Virus record (IMG/VR): IMGVR_UViG_3300049137_000157
Span: 135,469-199,468 of that record
Strand: one strand, 5' to 3'
Origin: a virus
Length of the DNA stretch: 64,000 nt
Part shown: positions 1 to 9,814 of the stretch, one piece after another
Layout: each line of letters opens with the position of its first letter
How positions within the stretch are numbered: position 1 is the first letter of the stretch
Notes under the pieces: generated by a model
Databases searched by the model: none
What the model saw: the letters and a program-made list of their open reading frames with translations, nothing else
What the model was told of the DNA's origin: nothing
Made by a program: the position numbers and the translations under genes

Positions 1-860
1 ACACGGATGATGGAGGCCAGCGGGAGCTGGGACTTCAGAAGCTCGGCGAGAACCTCGCCGTTCTTCTTCGACTCCTTCATCCTCTGCTCGGCGGTCTCGG
101 CGCGGTCCCGGAGGAACGTGATCGCCTCGGCCAGCTTCTGGTTCTCCTGAACCTGCTTCTTCGACTCGCGCTGCGCTTCCTGGAGCTGCTGCGCCATGCG
201 CGCCACGTCGACCGAGAGCTGGTCGAGGCGGTCACCGAAGGTGTTCTTCATGGAGGCGACCTCGTTGAGGAGCGCTCCGGTGCCGGTGGTGGACGGAATG
301 TTCGACATCTCCGCGCGAGCGGAGGTCGCGGTCTGGTCCGCCGGAGGCGATGCCTCCGACGTGGCCGACTCGGTCATATTGACGAGCCTTCCTCCCGCTC
401 CAGCGCGGGTGACGACATCTACGGACAGGCCCTCGGTGATGGCTCGCACCATCCGGCCTTCGGCCGTTTCCTCGATCTGGCCTGCCGCACGAATCGACAG
501 ACCCACGACCGGGGCGAGCTGGCCCACGAGGGCTTTCGCGTTCTCGGTGAACTGGATGCGAGCGAACAGACCCCGCCCGTCCGGACCTTCCTCGAACTCG
601 GCGTCATCGAGAAGCCATCCCGCGATATCCCGCACGCTCCTTTCGGGGCGCTCCATTTCTTCCGACCCGGTCGGGTGGTCGAAATAGACGTGCGTTCCTG
701 CGCGGAATGCCCGAGGGCCGTCGCGGTGGAGAACTTCAGCGGGATAGAAACCGCTGGACCCCTGAACGTCGGCCTCGATAAGGCGAGCGCGCCAGATGCC
801 CTTGCCCGAAGACAGGTCGGGCGAGAGAATCGATGACTCCCGCAGCGTTTCCTGGCTCAT
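1..860 (-). CDS. capsid maturation (prohead) protease with C-terminal coiled-coil scaffold, runs off the window edge
   Basis: Not in ORF track; my translation from ATG 860 (GAGGAG RBS): MSQETLRESS..RARLIEADVQGSSGFYPAEVL..HVYFDHPT..ERPERSVRDIAG, then a coiled coil; directly downstream of the portal. Confidence 0.75.
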   Translation of the reverse strand, partial: MSQETLRESSILSPDLSSGKGIWRARLIEADVQGSSGFYPAEVLHRDGPRAFRAGTHVYFDHPTGSEEMERPERSVRDIAGWLLDDAEFEEGPDGRGLFARIQFTENAKALVGQLAPVVGLSIRAAGQIEETAEGRMVRAITEGLSVDVVTRAGAGGRLVNMTESATSEASPPADQTATSARAEMSNIPSTTGTGALLNEVASMKNTFGDRLDQLSVDVARMAQQLQEAQRESKKQVQENQKLAEAITFLRDRAETAEQRMKESKKNGEVLAELLKSQLPLASIIR

Positions 861-927
861 GCGCTCCTCACTCTGCAATGACGAGGTCAGCGTAATAGCA
901 CAAGCAGTAAAAAATCACGGCGGAAGA

Positions 928-2637
928 TTATTCGGAACCCTCGTCCCGAAGCTCGTGGTCGCCCCGGCTCATGGGGTCAGGCTGCTTTGGGGCCGCAGTT
1001 GCCCGGGAATTACCCGCCTTCAAAGGGTTGGGTGCACCCGGACCGCCCGTGCCGCTGTCGGGGTTTCCGTTGGATTCCCCGCCATTGACGGCCGAAGACA
1101 TTTCTTGGATTTTCTTGAAGAGAACGGGCAGATCTTCCATTGCCGGAGCCTTCGCGGCGAAGTCGTTCCACTTTCCGTTCCAGGCGTCCAGCACCATTGC
1201 CCGCGCTTCGTCCCCCGTGAAGAGTCCGAGACGGATCGCCATGTCGAGAGCCTGAAGACGGCGGTGAACCGGCTCCTCGTCGATCTGCGGCCAGCGAATG
1301 CGCACCTTCAGGCCCACCAGCTTGAAGATGGAGGCGAACATCTCGTTCATCACCTTCTGGCGGGCCTGCATCACCAGAACGGTCGAGGTGTCCAGGCTGG
1401 TGGCTGCCGCATTGTTGGCGATCGACGGGTCCTCCGTCAGGGCGGGCAGAGGGACGTCCAGCGCTGCCGCGATCATCGCCGCCAAGGGGCGTCCGGCGTC
1501 GAAGTCGACGGCCGCGCTGCGCCCGACGGCGGTGAGATCCTGACCGGCCCCCAGAACGGCTGAGGCACCGACCGCCAAGCTCTGACCCGTCGCGGGGTCC
1601 ATCCTCGGAGACTGGGCCATCGCAGCCGCTGTGCGACGGACCGAACGCGACTTGTCACTTGTCACCTTCCATGCAAATCGCGCGTACGCCTTTGTGAGGG
1701 TGGCGCAGTTTTCGAGGTATTCCTTGTATGCGCGGGTCCACCAGACGGCGGGAAGCACGTCGGGGACGCCCCAGCGCCAGCCGGTCAGGCGGTTGAAGGG
1801 GACGTGCACGAGGATCTTGTCGTAGTTGACCTTGTCCCCGGCTATCTCCTTCGGCCCCCGGCCTTTCCCGAGCTTCCGCAGACCGGCGGGGGTGGGGTAC
1901 CACTCGTCCTGGAAGGCGAAGTTGGAGACGTTGCCGCCCTCCTGCGACACCTTGTGCCAGGTGCGGCCCCGGGCGGACATCTTCGGGTTGGTGACCGGGG
2001 ACGTCTCGACCCCGGTGTCCAGGTCCAGGTCGAGGGTCCAGTCGTTCCAGGTGCGCCGGATGAAGAGCAGACTCTCCCGGTTCCCCCGCTGTGAGACGCC
2101 TTCGGACACCTCGTCGAAAGGGATTCGCTGGATCTCCTTGGTGCGTCGGTCCACCAGAAACTGGAGGTTCCCGTCGGTGGCCGCCGTCGACTCCAGTTCG
2201 AGCTGCGCCAGGGTTCCGGTGAGAACTTCTTCCACGCCCTCGGGGAGTTCTGGTTCGAGGTTCACCGTGCGCGGGCGTCCGGGGCCTGCCATGAATTGCG
2301 TCGGAACGACGGAGACGCCACTGCCCCAGATGTAGCCAGTGCGGACTTTCAGGGCCCGCTCGATCAGGGGATTGATGGTGGCGACAGCCCTACAGAGTTC
2401 GCTGGCCCGCTTCAGGCCGTCCAGGGTGAAGGAGTTCGCGTCTTCGGCGAAACCCATGAGGGGCTTCCAGCCGATGTCCTCCAGTGCGAGCTGCGCCCTG
2501 CCGAACTCCCCGGCCTCCCGCATCTCGTCGGATATGAGACCCGTGAGTTCTTCGTTCCGCTGCTCCAGGTTGGTCACGAAGGTTTCGATCTCGCTGATCG
2601 ACATCTCGTTGAGCGGCTTGGACGTCTGCATGGCCAC
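928..2637 (-). CDS. phage portal protein
   Basis: 569 aa between TerL and protease; NPLIERALKVRTGYIWG and WRWGVPDVLPAVWWTRAYKEYL motifs typical of actinophage portals. Confidence 0.8.
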   Translation of the reverse strand: MAMQTSKPLNEMSISEIETFVTNLEQRNEELTGLISDEMREAGEFGRAQLALEDIGWKPLMGFAEDANSFTLDGLKRASELCRAVATINPLIERALKVRTGYIWGSGVSVVPTQFMAGPGRPRTVNLEPELPEGVEEVLTGTLAQLELESTAATDGNLQFLVDRRTKEIQRIPFDEVSEGVSQRGNRESLLFIRRTWNDWTLDLDLDTGVETSPVTNPKMSARGRTWHKVSQEGGNVSNFAFQDEWYPTPAGLRKLGKGRGPKEIAGDKVNYDKILVHVPFNRLTGWRWGVPDVLPAVWWTRAYKEYLENCATLTKAYARFAWKVTSDKSRSVRRTAAAMAQSPRMDPATGQSLAVGASAVLGAGQDLTAVGRSAAVDFDAGRPLAAMIAAALDVPLPALTEDPSIANNAAATSLDTSTVLVMQARQKVMNEMFASIFKLVGLKVRIRWPQIDEEPVHRRLQALDMAIRLGLFTGDEARAMVLDAWNGKWNDFAAKAPAMEDLPVLFKKIQEMSSAVNGGESNGNPDSGTGGPGAPNPLKAGNSRATAAPKQPDPMSRGDHELRDEGSE

Positions 2638-2652
2638 ACAATAACGGTGGAA

Positions 2653-2958
2653 TTATCGACGTGTTTTCCGGATGGACGGACGTCCTTTGTTCAACCAGAT
2701 ATCCAGAGATTCAGCCAGCATTGTGACTGCGCGAGACAGGGATCCGACATTTTCCTGGGGCTGCTCAAGGAGTTTCTCAACAACTCGAAGATAACTGTGA
2801 CACACCTCCTGTTCGGCAGACCCTTCCGGGTACTCGGAGATCCGCTGTGATATTCGGCTTCTCGCGGCATGCGCCGGGTTGAACACGTTGACTCCCGAGG
2901 AGGTGACGAATCCGCATCTGGTGAGTTCGTCCTGCAAGTTGACGGGAAACGCAGACAC
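2653..2958 (-). CDS. hypothetical protein
   Basis: Fills TerL-portal gap; no clear RBS. Confidence 0.35.
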   Translation of the reverse strand: MSAFPVNLQDELTRCGFVTSSGVNVFNPAHAARSRISQRISEYPEGSAEQEVCHSYLRVVEKLLEQPQENVGSLSRAVTMLAESLDIWLNKGRPSIRKTRR

Positions 2959-2988
2959 GCCGTCAGCGGATAGCGGATCGAGGGTGGG

Positions 2989-5343
2989 TCAGTACGGCGA
3001 AATGGAGTACTCCGAGTCGTCGTCGTTCAGGGCGTCGAGGACGTCGTGCACCGAATCCGAAACCGTGTCGCCGACGTCCAGGAGGCTGTCCGAGACGGGG
3101 GCGACCGCGTAGGCGATGGCGTCGGAGTAGTCGGGGGAGCGGCCGTGCTCTTTCCTCATCTCTTCCTTGGAGAGGATGAAGAGGCGACCGTTCTTGATCT
3201 TGTAGAACACGATCTTCAGGTCGTCGGAAACCTTCTCGTCCGGATCCAGGATCTTCGCCGAACCGTTGCGCATCCTCTGGCGGAGCTGGTCGTACCAGTA
3301 CGCACGAGCGTTGCCGTAGCCGTAGACCGAGCCACCCGTGTTCGTGGGTGGAGCCGCCGAACCGTGCATCTCGTAGACGGTGAACCAGGGCTCCGGCAAG
3401 AGCATGCTCCGGGCGTTCAGGGTGTCGACAACACCGGCACCCAGGCCGACGGCGTCGACCCGGATCTCCACCCAGGGTGCCTTCCGCTCCTCCTTCAGCC
3501 GCTCTGCAATTTCGAGGACCTTGTACGCCGACGAAACGGTGTCCGTGCCGGACCAGCTTTCCTCGACCTTCGCGGTGACTCCCGAGTAGGACGCGACCAC
3601 CGTCTGGTCGGAACCGAAACGGGCGACGTCGACGCCGAGCCGGAGGATTGAGTGGAGCGCCGGAGCGGGGGGTTCGTCCCGGGCGTCGGCGATTACGTGC
3701 GGAGGGAAGAGACTCGACTGGGACTCCTGCGGGAACTCCGCCATGACCTTCGACAGGTAACGAGGATCGTTCTCGCCCCAGGAGTCGAGCCGGTCGGACA
3801 CCCAGTCACGCGAGACCAGGACCTCGTTCAGCAGACGCGGAACAGGCTCCCCGGTGAAGTTCGGGGTGGTGTGGGCCGGGATGGAGATCCGGTTCCACAG
3901 ATGCGCCGTGTTGCTGTCGAGGAAGTTTTTCCCGAATTCCGTGTTCCTGTCGTCCGGGTTACCGATCGCCAGGATGCGGCAGCCCATGTTGGTAGTGATG
4001 GCCTCGACACCCGTCCAGATTTCCTCCGGCACGCCACATGCCTCGTCCAGAAGAGCCAGGACGTACCTGCGGTGAATACCGTGGAACGAGTGACGGTCTC
4101 CCTTGGCGGGTTTGCGTCCGAACCCGACAATTTGGCCGTCTCCGAGCTTCCATTCGTCGGCCTGCGTCACGCGGCCCGGCATGGGGTAGTCGCCACGTGC
4201 TGCCGACGAGTGGTGCTTGCGAATCTCTTCCCAAAGAATCTTGTTCACCTGGGCATAGGTCGGCGCGGTCGAGACAACGATGGCCTGTCCTGGAGGCTTG
4301 GTGGAGACCCACCAACACGCGAGCACAGAGGCGATCATGGAGTTGTGCGTGGGTATCCCGGACTCCCCGCATAGGTAGAGATGATCCGGAGAGTCAACCT
4401 GTATGCACTGAACGTGACGGTCGCCAACGGGCCTCACGTTTACGACACGCCATCCATCATCTCCCCACAAATCAGATCCGGACAGGAACTTGCACTGAGC
4501 CAGGGCCTGTTCGTCCTGATCGACGAGGAGGGTCGTGGCCCTCGTCCCCATCAGGGCAAGGTGATGCAGGTGCGAACCGTAAGACCGCTCTCTTCGGTAG
4601 ACAGTGCGAATTCCCAGAGATTCCAGATGCCTCCTGGCTTCCTCCAGTTCTTGCACCCGACCTTCACGAGACCGCCAGAGCAGACTGGTCCGTCCGAGTG
4701 GGTCGAGCACTCCTCTTTCGCGCAAGAGTTCGGAGATCCACTCGTCCGGGTTCCAAAGCGGACCACGCGACTCCAGATCTGGTATCGAAGCGGGGATCAC
4801 ATAGGAATCACGTGAAGCCGCGAGTTCCCGGGTGGACAGATTCTTGGCTCGGTGATGCCACAGTCCCGTGTGGACCGTCACGCGAGCCCGATCCGAGCGA
4901 AGCTGTATCTGCGCGAATTCCCGGGAAGACAGGACCGGCCATATGTGATCACCAGAAGCCACGATCGTTTCCCGGACCCCGGCGTTCTCCAGAGTGACCT
5001 CGTACGAGTCGGCCACGTGGTGACCTGTGGTGGCCACCACAGGCACGACGCTCCGGTCCGACCCGAGAACCTTCATCCCAGGTCGAATCTCCCCCATGGC
5101 AACCAAACCTGACGGAGTATGAACGGGTTCGTCGAGTCCAAGAGCTTTGCCCGTTCCATGACAGGAGGCAACAACGGTCCTCTTGTTATGGATGAGGGAA
5201 TCACAGATTTCCTGCTGCTTGGACCAGAGGTGAACACCAAGAACATCTCGGGCCCATCCGGCGGGATCATTTGCCCATCCGGCTTGCCGAGCCTGATTGC
5301 GGAAGTATTCCTCGGCACCCGAAAAGATCTTCTCTTCCAGCAT
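2989..5343 (-). CDS. terL: terminase large subunit, intein-containing
   Basis: Start moved to ATG 5343 (GGAGGAG RBS); Walker A SCHGTGK|S, Walker B ALLDEACG, AIGNPD, RNase H nuclease motifs LGVDVARFGSD, VDAVGLGAGV, SPDYSDA. Confidence 0.95.
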   Translation of the reverse strand: MLEEKIFSGAEEYFRNQARQAGWANDPAGWARDVLGVHLWSKQQEICDSLIHNKRTVVASCHGTGKALGLDEPVHTPSGLVAMGEIRPGMKVLGSDRSVVPVVATTGHHVADSYEVTLENAGVRETIVASGDHIWPVLSSREFAQIQLRSDRARVTVHTGLWHHRAKNLSTRELAASRDSYVIPASIPDLESRGPLWNPDEWISELLRERGVLDPLGRTSLLWRSREGRVQELEEARRHLESLGIRTVYRRERSYGSHLHHLALMGTRATTLLVDQDEQALAQCKFLSGSDLWGDDGWRVVNVRPVGDRHVQCIQVDSPDHLYLCGESGIPTHNSMIASVLACWWVSTKPPGQAIVVSTAPTYAQVNKILWEEIRKHHSSAARGDYPMPGRVTQADEWKLGDGQIVGFGRKPAKGDRHSFHGIHRRYVLALLDEACGVPEEIWTGVEAITTNMGCRILAIGNPDDRNTEFGKNFLDSNTAHLWNRISIPAHTTPNFTGEPVPRLLNEVLVSRDWVSDRLDSWGENDPRYLSKVMAEFPQESQSSLFPPHVIADARDEPPAPALHSILRLGVDVARFGSDQTVVASYSGVTAKVEESWSGTDTVSSAYKVLEIAERLKEERKAPWVEIRVDAVGLGAGVVDTLNARSMLLPEPWFTVYEMHGSAAPPTNTGGSVYGYGNARAYWYDQLRQRMRNGSAKILDPDEKVSDDLKIVFYKIKNGRLFILSKEEMRKEHGRSPDYSDAIAYAVAPVSDSLLDVGDTVSDSVHDVLDALNDDDSEYSISPY
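4342..5145 (-). mobile_element. class 3 intein (268 aa) in TerL Walker A, with degenerate LAGLIDADG-like remnant
   Basis: Starts ALGLDEPVHTPSG after GTGK, ends PTHN before +1 Ser; block B GDHIW, block F VQCIQV, block G THN. Confidence 0.9.
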
Positions 5344-5468
5344 GCGTGTCGCTCCTCCCGGGCTTCTCTCCATGCATACTGTCAGTACAGGTACAGTTTT
5401 CAGTAACACCCCCTCCGGATCAGCCGAGCGGCTGGACGGACCTCCACTTCCTCGGGGTGTTGCAATGC

Positions 5469-5516
5469 AAAACCAGAAGCCCGCATGCATCCTTACGGCA
5501 TGCGGGTTTCTGTTTT
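5469..5516. terminator. intrinsic terminator hairpin
   Basis: aaaaccagaagcccgcatgc...gcatgcgggtttctgtttt. Confidence 0.6.
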
Positions 5517-5776
5517 CGGGCAGCCTTCAGATGGAAATGTCGACAGGGTGTAGGTGGAAAAGGGGCCTCCGAGCTGCACCGGAGGGGGTGGGCAGAAGGA
5601 ACGTTTCCTTCGCCTCCGCAAAGATCGAGCGTCGAGCGGTGTCGTCCGAGCGGATGGCCTGGGCCAGTTCAGACCCTACGGTTACCAGACAACTGTCAGA
5701 GCAGTTAAGCCGTTTCGGGTAGGAAAACCCCTGAACCAACTTTCATTCTCAAGCGGCCTGTGCCATTCTGAGGAGC

Positions 5777-6151
5777 ATGATGAAGAACATGTACCCGCAA
5801 GCGTGCAACGTCTGCGATGGTCATGTTTCCGCTGGGGAGGGTCACCTTCGGAAGACCGCGTCATCCGGCTGGAGCGTGACCCACGACACCTGTCCACACG
5901 GACCCGTACAGCACGGCAACGCCAAGGCTTACACCCGGCGAGCAGTCCAAATCATGAATCGCACTGACGCAACTCGTGACGAGATCACAGAAGGTGTCGC
6001 GATGCTTGCCGAACTGATGCGCACCGGGTGGGCTCCTCGTGAATCCTGCGAAAGGGTTGTGCTGAACGCTCGCGCAATCCGTGATTGGGATCGCCTGGGG
6101 GTCGAAATGCTCCTGCACGTCTTCACCCTGGAAGAGTCGGTCTCCTCCTAA
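5777..6151 (+). CDS. hypothetical protein with N-terminal CxxC
   Basis: GAGGAG RBS, ORF track. Confidence 0.6.
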   Translation: MMKNMYPQACNVCDGHVSAGEGHLRKTASSGWSVTHDTCPHGPVQHGNAKAYTRRAVQIMNRTDATRDEITEGVAMLAELMRTGWAPRESCERVVLNARAIRDWDRLGVEMLLHVFTLEESVSS

Positions 6152-6254
6152 GGCTTCTTCAGTCCAAGCATCAACAGAAGTTCCCGAAGTTCCGTCTGAG
6201 CGTTGGGCCGCCCGTACGCCCAGGCCGACGCGGAGAGCATTGCCGATCGCAGGC

Positions 6255-6305
6255 AGCCCTCGCACTCTGTGCACGTGCACGGGGGTGCCGAGGGCTTCTC
6301 TTTTT
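6255..6305 (+). terminator. intrinsic terminator
   Basis: agccctcgcac...gtgccgagggct followed by T-rich tail. Confidence 0.55.
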
Positions 6306-6341
6306 CCGTCATAGACCTACGAGGTTACTGCACTTGCAAGT

Positions 6342-6351
6342 GGCCTAGGTC
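6342..6351. promoter_or_regulatory. GGCCTAGGYC palindromic operator candidate
   Basis: ggcctaggtc upstream of gene at 6445. Confidence 0.5.
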
Positions 6352-6444
6352 ATGTGGTTTCGTAGAAGAGGTCAGGGCAACACACCCCGGTTGACCAACC
6401 GTCAGGGTGCCGCCCGACCTTGACACGGAAACGGAGAAGAAGAG

Positions 6445-6894
6445 ATGTCCAAGGCTTCCATGACCGCCGGTACCGCCCTCCTCGTTACCCTCGCCAGCGG
6501 TGTCACGTTCCTCCTCGCCACCCCGGCCACCGCCGAAGGGATGTGCCCCAAGGGCTGGCACGAGGTGGTGAAGGAGGAGATGATGATGAACTCGGACACG
6601 GACCAGTACGAGCTGGCCACCATCACCGAGTGTGCCAAGGACGAACGTCCGTCCAACATCTCGGTCCGTACTTCCGTCACCGTCGACACCCACCTCCTGG
6701 ACAACAACCTCCAGAAGACCGGCAGCGGCCTGGTCCCCGCCGACCGTTTCGAGTACCTCGGCGAGAAGTTCCCCGGCCCGGACGGCAAGATGTACATCGC
6801 CATCAAGCAGATCACCACCGGCAAGGGCGGCTGGGGCGAGAAGTACCAGGGCTGGATCCCCGTCGAGAACACGATCGACCCGGACATGTTCTGA
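6445..6894 (+). CDS. secreted protein, possible C-terminal SH3b-like fold
   Basis: Signal peptide ending ATPATA; C-terminal YQGWIPVE; high GC3; acggagaagaagag RBS. Confidence 0.7.
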   Translation: MSKASMTAGTALLVTLASGVTFLLATPATAEGMCPKGWHEVVKEEMMMNSDTDQYELATITECAKDERPSNISVRTSVTVDTHLLDNNLQKTGSGLVPADRFEYLGEKFPGPDGKMYIAIKQITTGKGGWGEKYQGWIPVENTIDPDMF

Positions 6895-7325
6895 TGTCCA
6901 CCGTCTTCCGGGCCCGACAGGGGCGTGACCCGAACTTCTGGCCGGTCACCTACCACGTACCTCAGCTCCCCCTGAACGACCTCCAGCAGAAGGTCTCGGA
7001 GGACCTGTTCGGGGTGGCATGCACCGCAGACGGATGGCTCGGCGTCGTCGAGGACATCAAGGACTTCAACGCCCGGCGAAAGTACTCCGGCGTCACGTGG
7101 ACCCTGGGGTACGCCTTTCGTTCCGGACGACGGGGGCTGAAGTCCACCTGGTCCTGGATCCTCCCCGACGGAACCCTCCAGAGAGATCTGCCGGGAGGCT
7201 CCGAGCGCATCTTCTTCAAGGAAGTCTGCCAGGAACTGCTGGACGCCCATCAGGAGCCGGAGCGATTCGGCATCAGGGTGGAGCCGAGCGACTTCGCGGA
7301 CAGGCTTCTGGAGAAGAAGAGCTGA
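6894..7325 (+). CDS. hypothetical protein
   Basis: TGATG overlap with previous gene; high GC3. Confidence 0.7.
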   Translation: MSTVFRARQGRDPNFWPVTYHVPQLPLNDLQQKVSEDLFGVACTADGWLGVVEDIKDFNARRKYSGVTWTLGYAFRSGRRGLKSTWSWILPDGTLQRDLPGGSERIFFKEVCQELLDAHQEPERFGIRVEPSDFADRLLEKKS

Positions 7326-7335
7326 ACAATCGACA

Positions 7336-7367
7336 AGGCCCCCGCCATCGGACCAGGGCGGGGGCCT
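7336..7367 (+). terminator. terminator-like hairpin
   Basis: aggcccccgcc...ggcgggggcct just after stop. Confidence 0.5.
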
Positions 7368-7481
7368 CTCGGGGTGGCGCGGCCGACGACTGCCTGTTAC
7401 ATCCGCCGCGTAGTCGCAGACTGACACTCGAACGCGGCAAACTTACCCAACACCCCGCAAGTACAGAAGGGTTCCCCCCCA

Positions 7482-7871
7482 ATGGCCGATATTTCGAGCC
7501 TGACCGACAACCAGATCGAAGCACTGCTGGAACGAGCGGAGTATGACAGCGAGGCGCGAATCCTGGGTTTCGTCTGGGGCGGTGACCCTGTGCGGTCTTA
7601 CGGATTCATCAAGGATGCCCCGGACTGGTGCACGGGCTACCACGCCTCAGGCGATCTGGTGACCCGAGACTGGTTCCGGCTGGCCGTGAAGGAACTCCGG
7701 AAAAGCCGGGGCAGCCTTCTCGGGGACGAGCCCCGGGTTGTCCGCGCATACTGGGACACTGTGCGGAACGATCCCTCCGAGTGGTCCAACGAGACCGTCC
7801 TGACCCTGGCCTGCGTCGCACCCTTCCTCGGGGTCATGCAGGACATGGTGGACTCGGGTTGGGGCGACTGA
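7482..7871 (+). CDS. hypothetical protein
   Basis: ORF track, codon bias. Confidence 0.65.
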   Translation: MADISSLTDNQIEALLERAEYDSEARILGFVWGGDPVRSYGFIKDAPDWCTGYHASGDLVTRDWFRLAVKELRKSRGSLLGDEPRVVRAYWDTVRNDPSEWSNETVLTLACVAPFLGVMQDMVDSGWGD

Positions 7872-7897
7872 ACGAAAAGGAAAAGGGAGGGTGAAGC

Positions 7898-8311
7898 ATG
7901 CTCAGTGCTGAACTGATCGAACAGGAACCGACGGCACTCACTCCGCAGGACCTGACTCCGGACCTCGGCTGCTACGAAGCCGGATACGACCCGGCCCTGC
8001 TTGGCGGCAGCCACACGCTGGCGGACCTGGTCCGAGCTTCCCGGAATGGGGGGAACCCGCGATGCCGCGAGACCGGCCTCGTGGTCTCTTGCGACTGCTC
8101 TCGCTGGTGGGGTACCCGAGGTGCCCGCGTCTGGCTCCCGTGCTGCGGCAAGGAGCGCCGCAGGGTGCAGAACCGTCAGGTGCTCGTCTGTCCAGAATGC
8201 CGAGTCCAGTGGCGCTACCACTATCTCGACACCGGGGATCACGTCTTCGTGTCTCTCGGGGTCAAGGCCAAGAAGACCAAGAAGGTCAGGATCCCGAGGT
8301 CGCGCCGATGA
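7898..8311 (+). CDS. Cys-rich (zinc-binding) hypothetical protein
   Basis: CDC, LPCC, CPEC; strong RBS. Confidence 0.65.
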   Translation: MLSAELIEQEPTALTPQDLTPDLGCYEAGYDPALLGGSHTLADLVRASRNGGNPRCRETGLVVSCDCSRWWGTRGARVWLPCCGKERRRVQNRQVLVCPECRVQWRYHYLDTGDHVFVSLGVKAKKTKKVRIPRSRR

Positions 8312-8748
8312 ACGATCCGCAGCATCTCCTCGACTGGCTGCTTGCAACCATCCGAGAACGGGAAGAGGCCGCAACGGCTGCGGCTCGACACTATGGCGGA
8401 CGATGGGTGCGGGGAATCCCGGAGCGTCACAAGGACCCTGGTCTTCGCTACGGATGGGACGAGGACTGGGTGCATCTGTCCGAGACGGATCCCCACCTCG
8501 GCTACCAGTGCTTCAGCGACGAGATTGCCGTACTGACGGTTCTTCACGACTCCGAGTCGGTTCTGCGTCGCTGCAAGTCCGACCGGAAGCTCCTCGAACT
8601 CCACGGAGGTCGAGGACACGGATGTCCCACCTACGACTACGACGGGGACCTGGACGAATTCGCCCGGTTCTACAACCATGAAGTCTGTCCAGTGATCAGC
8701 TCCCTCGCGGAGTCATATGGCTGGCGGGAAGGAGAGGGGGAGACGTGA
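8308..8748 (+). CDS. DUF6221-like protein
   Basis: LLDWLLATIRE...VLRRCKSDRKLLELH...CPVISSLAESY pattern; ATGA overlap. Confidence 0.7.
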   Translation: MNDPQHLLDWLLATIREREEAATAAARHYGGRWVRGIPERHKDPGLRYGWDEDWVHLSETDPHLGYQCFSDEIAVLTVLHDSESVLRRCKSDRKLLELHGGRGHGCPTYDYDGDLDEFARFYNHEVCPVISSLAESYGWREGEGET

Positions 8749-8960
8749 ACGACGACGACCTGTGCACTTCGGAATACCCCGGCGACAGCAACTTCGCCGG
8801 ACATCTCTGCAACCTGAAGGACAAGCACGAGGGCAACCATCTGGCACGTGGCATGGTCGGCCCCGGCTGGCGAATGGTCCTCGTCTGGACGCAGGACGGC
8901 AAGATCCTCCCGTACGTCATGGAGAACACGGACGGAGCGAACCATGACCTCCTCCCCTGA
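8745..8960 (+). CDS. hypothetical protein
   Basis: GTGA overlap, RBS. Confidence 0.6.
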   Translation: MNDDDLCTSEYPGDSNFAGHLCNLKDKHEGNHLARGMVGPGWRMVLVWTQDGKILPYVMENTDGANHDLLP

Positions 8961-9273
8961 GAGGCGCACTCGCTGGCCTGCCGCCTTGCACCTTCAGCAG
9001 GCCGCAGATCGCGCCCGGGAGACCCTGCCGGAGTTCGAGACCAGTACGGGGGCTCTTGTTCAGCCGATCGCCGACTGGTTCGACAGAATGGCCAACAACC
9101 TCGCGGCGTGGGCCCCGTACCGCGACCACGAGGGCGGCTACAAATATTGGCAGATGGCGACACGGATGGCCCATGCCGCCCTCGATCTGGAAGTCGAGGC
9201 TGACGTCTGTTCGGTCTGCCACACGCATACCTGGCCGGGCCCCCCGTCTCCCCTAAAAGAGGAGTCACGGTGA
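8944..9273 (+). CDS. hypothetical protein
   Basis: Start chosen at ATG 8944; operon continuity. Confidence 0.6.
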   Translation: MTSSPERRTRWPAALHLQQAADRARETLPEFETSTGALVQPIADWFDRMANNLAAWAPYRDHEGGYKYWQMATRMAHAALDLEVEADVCSVCHTHTWPGPPSPLKEESR

Positions 9274-9557
9274 ACCATCCCGACGTTGCCGTTGTCGACT
9301 GCCACAGCATCGAACTCGACAACGGCGAGAACCTCCGCCATCTCGGCGAAGGGAACTACCTGGAGCTGGACAAACACGTGGCAGGTCTCCGGCCCGGTAC
9401 GTGGCTCGTCACCGGCTACCTGGGTGAGTACAAGGACCAGGCGACCCTCCGCCGACTCACTCACGAGGAGATCGAAGCGGCTTGGCGCAGCGTTGCCCCG
9501 TTCGTCGCCATCCTCGAAGAACACCTGTCGGACCTGGCAACGCCGGAGTCGGGATGA
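9270..9557 (+). CDS. hypothetical protein
   Basis: GTGA overlap, GAGGAG RBS. Confidence 0.65.
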   Translation: MNHPDVAVVDCHSIELDNGENLRHLGEGNYLELDKHVAGLRPGTWLVTGYLGEYKDQATLRRLTHEEIEAAWRSVAPFVAILEEHLSDLATPESG

Positions 9558-9814
9558 GTCGTTGCACCTGCGGTCAAATCGCCCTCGGGGCGATCGCGAT
9601 TGACGTCCACAATTGGGATCCAAGCTGTGTCGAACACGGAATCGCTTCGACCTGGTGGAACTCGACAGATCAGCAATCTGCGCGTGCGATCAGGCGTGAA
9701 CAGTCGATCGATCTTCAGCGTCGTGCACGAGACGTCCGCAGATCAGCTACGTGGGCGAGAGTATCGGCCAGTCATGAAACGCAGGAACCTGCGGAAAGGG
9801 AGAAGAGGGCGTGA
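9554..9814 (+). CDS. hypothetical protein (CxC..HxxxxxCxxH)
   Basis: ATGA overlap. Confidence 0.55.
   Translation: MSRCTCGQIALGAIAIDVHNWDPSCVEHGIASTWWNSTDQQSARAIRREQSIDLQRRARDVRRSATWARVSASHETQEPAEREKRA

Noticed and set aside
196-687. 163-aa plus-strand ORF
   Set aside because: Antisense to the protease/scaffold gene
5344-5490. N-terminal extension of TerL in the ORF track
   Set aside because: Strong RBS precedes ATG 5343 and the extension runs into a terminator hairpin
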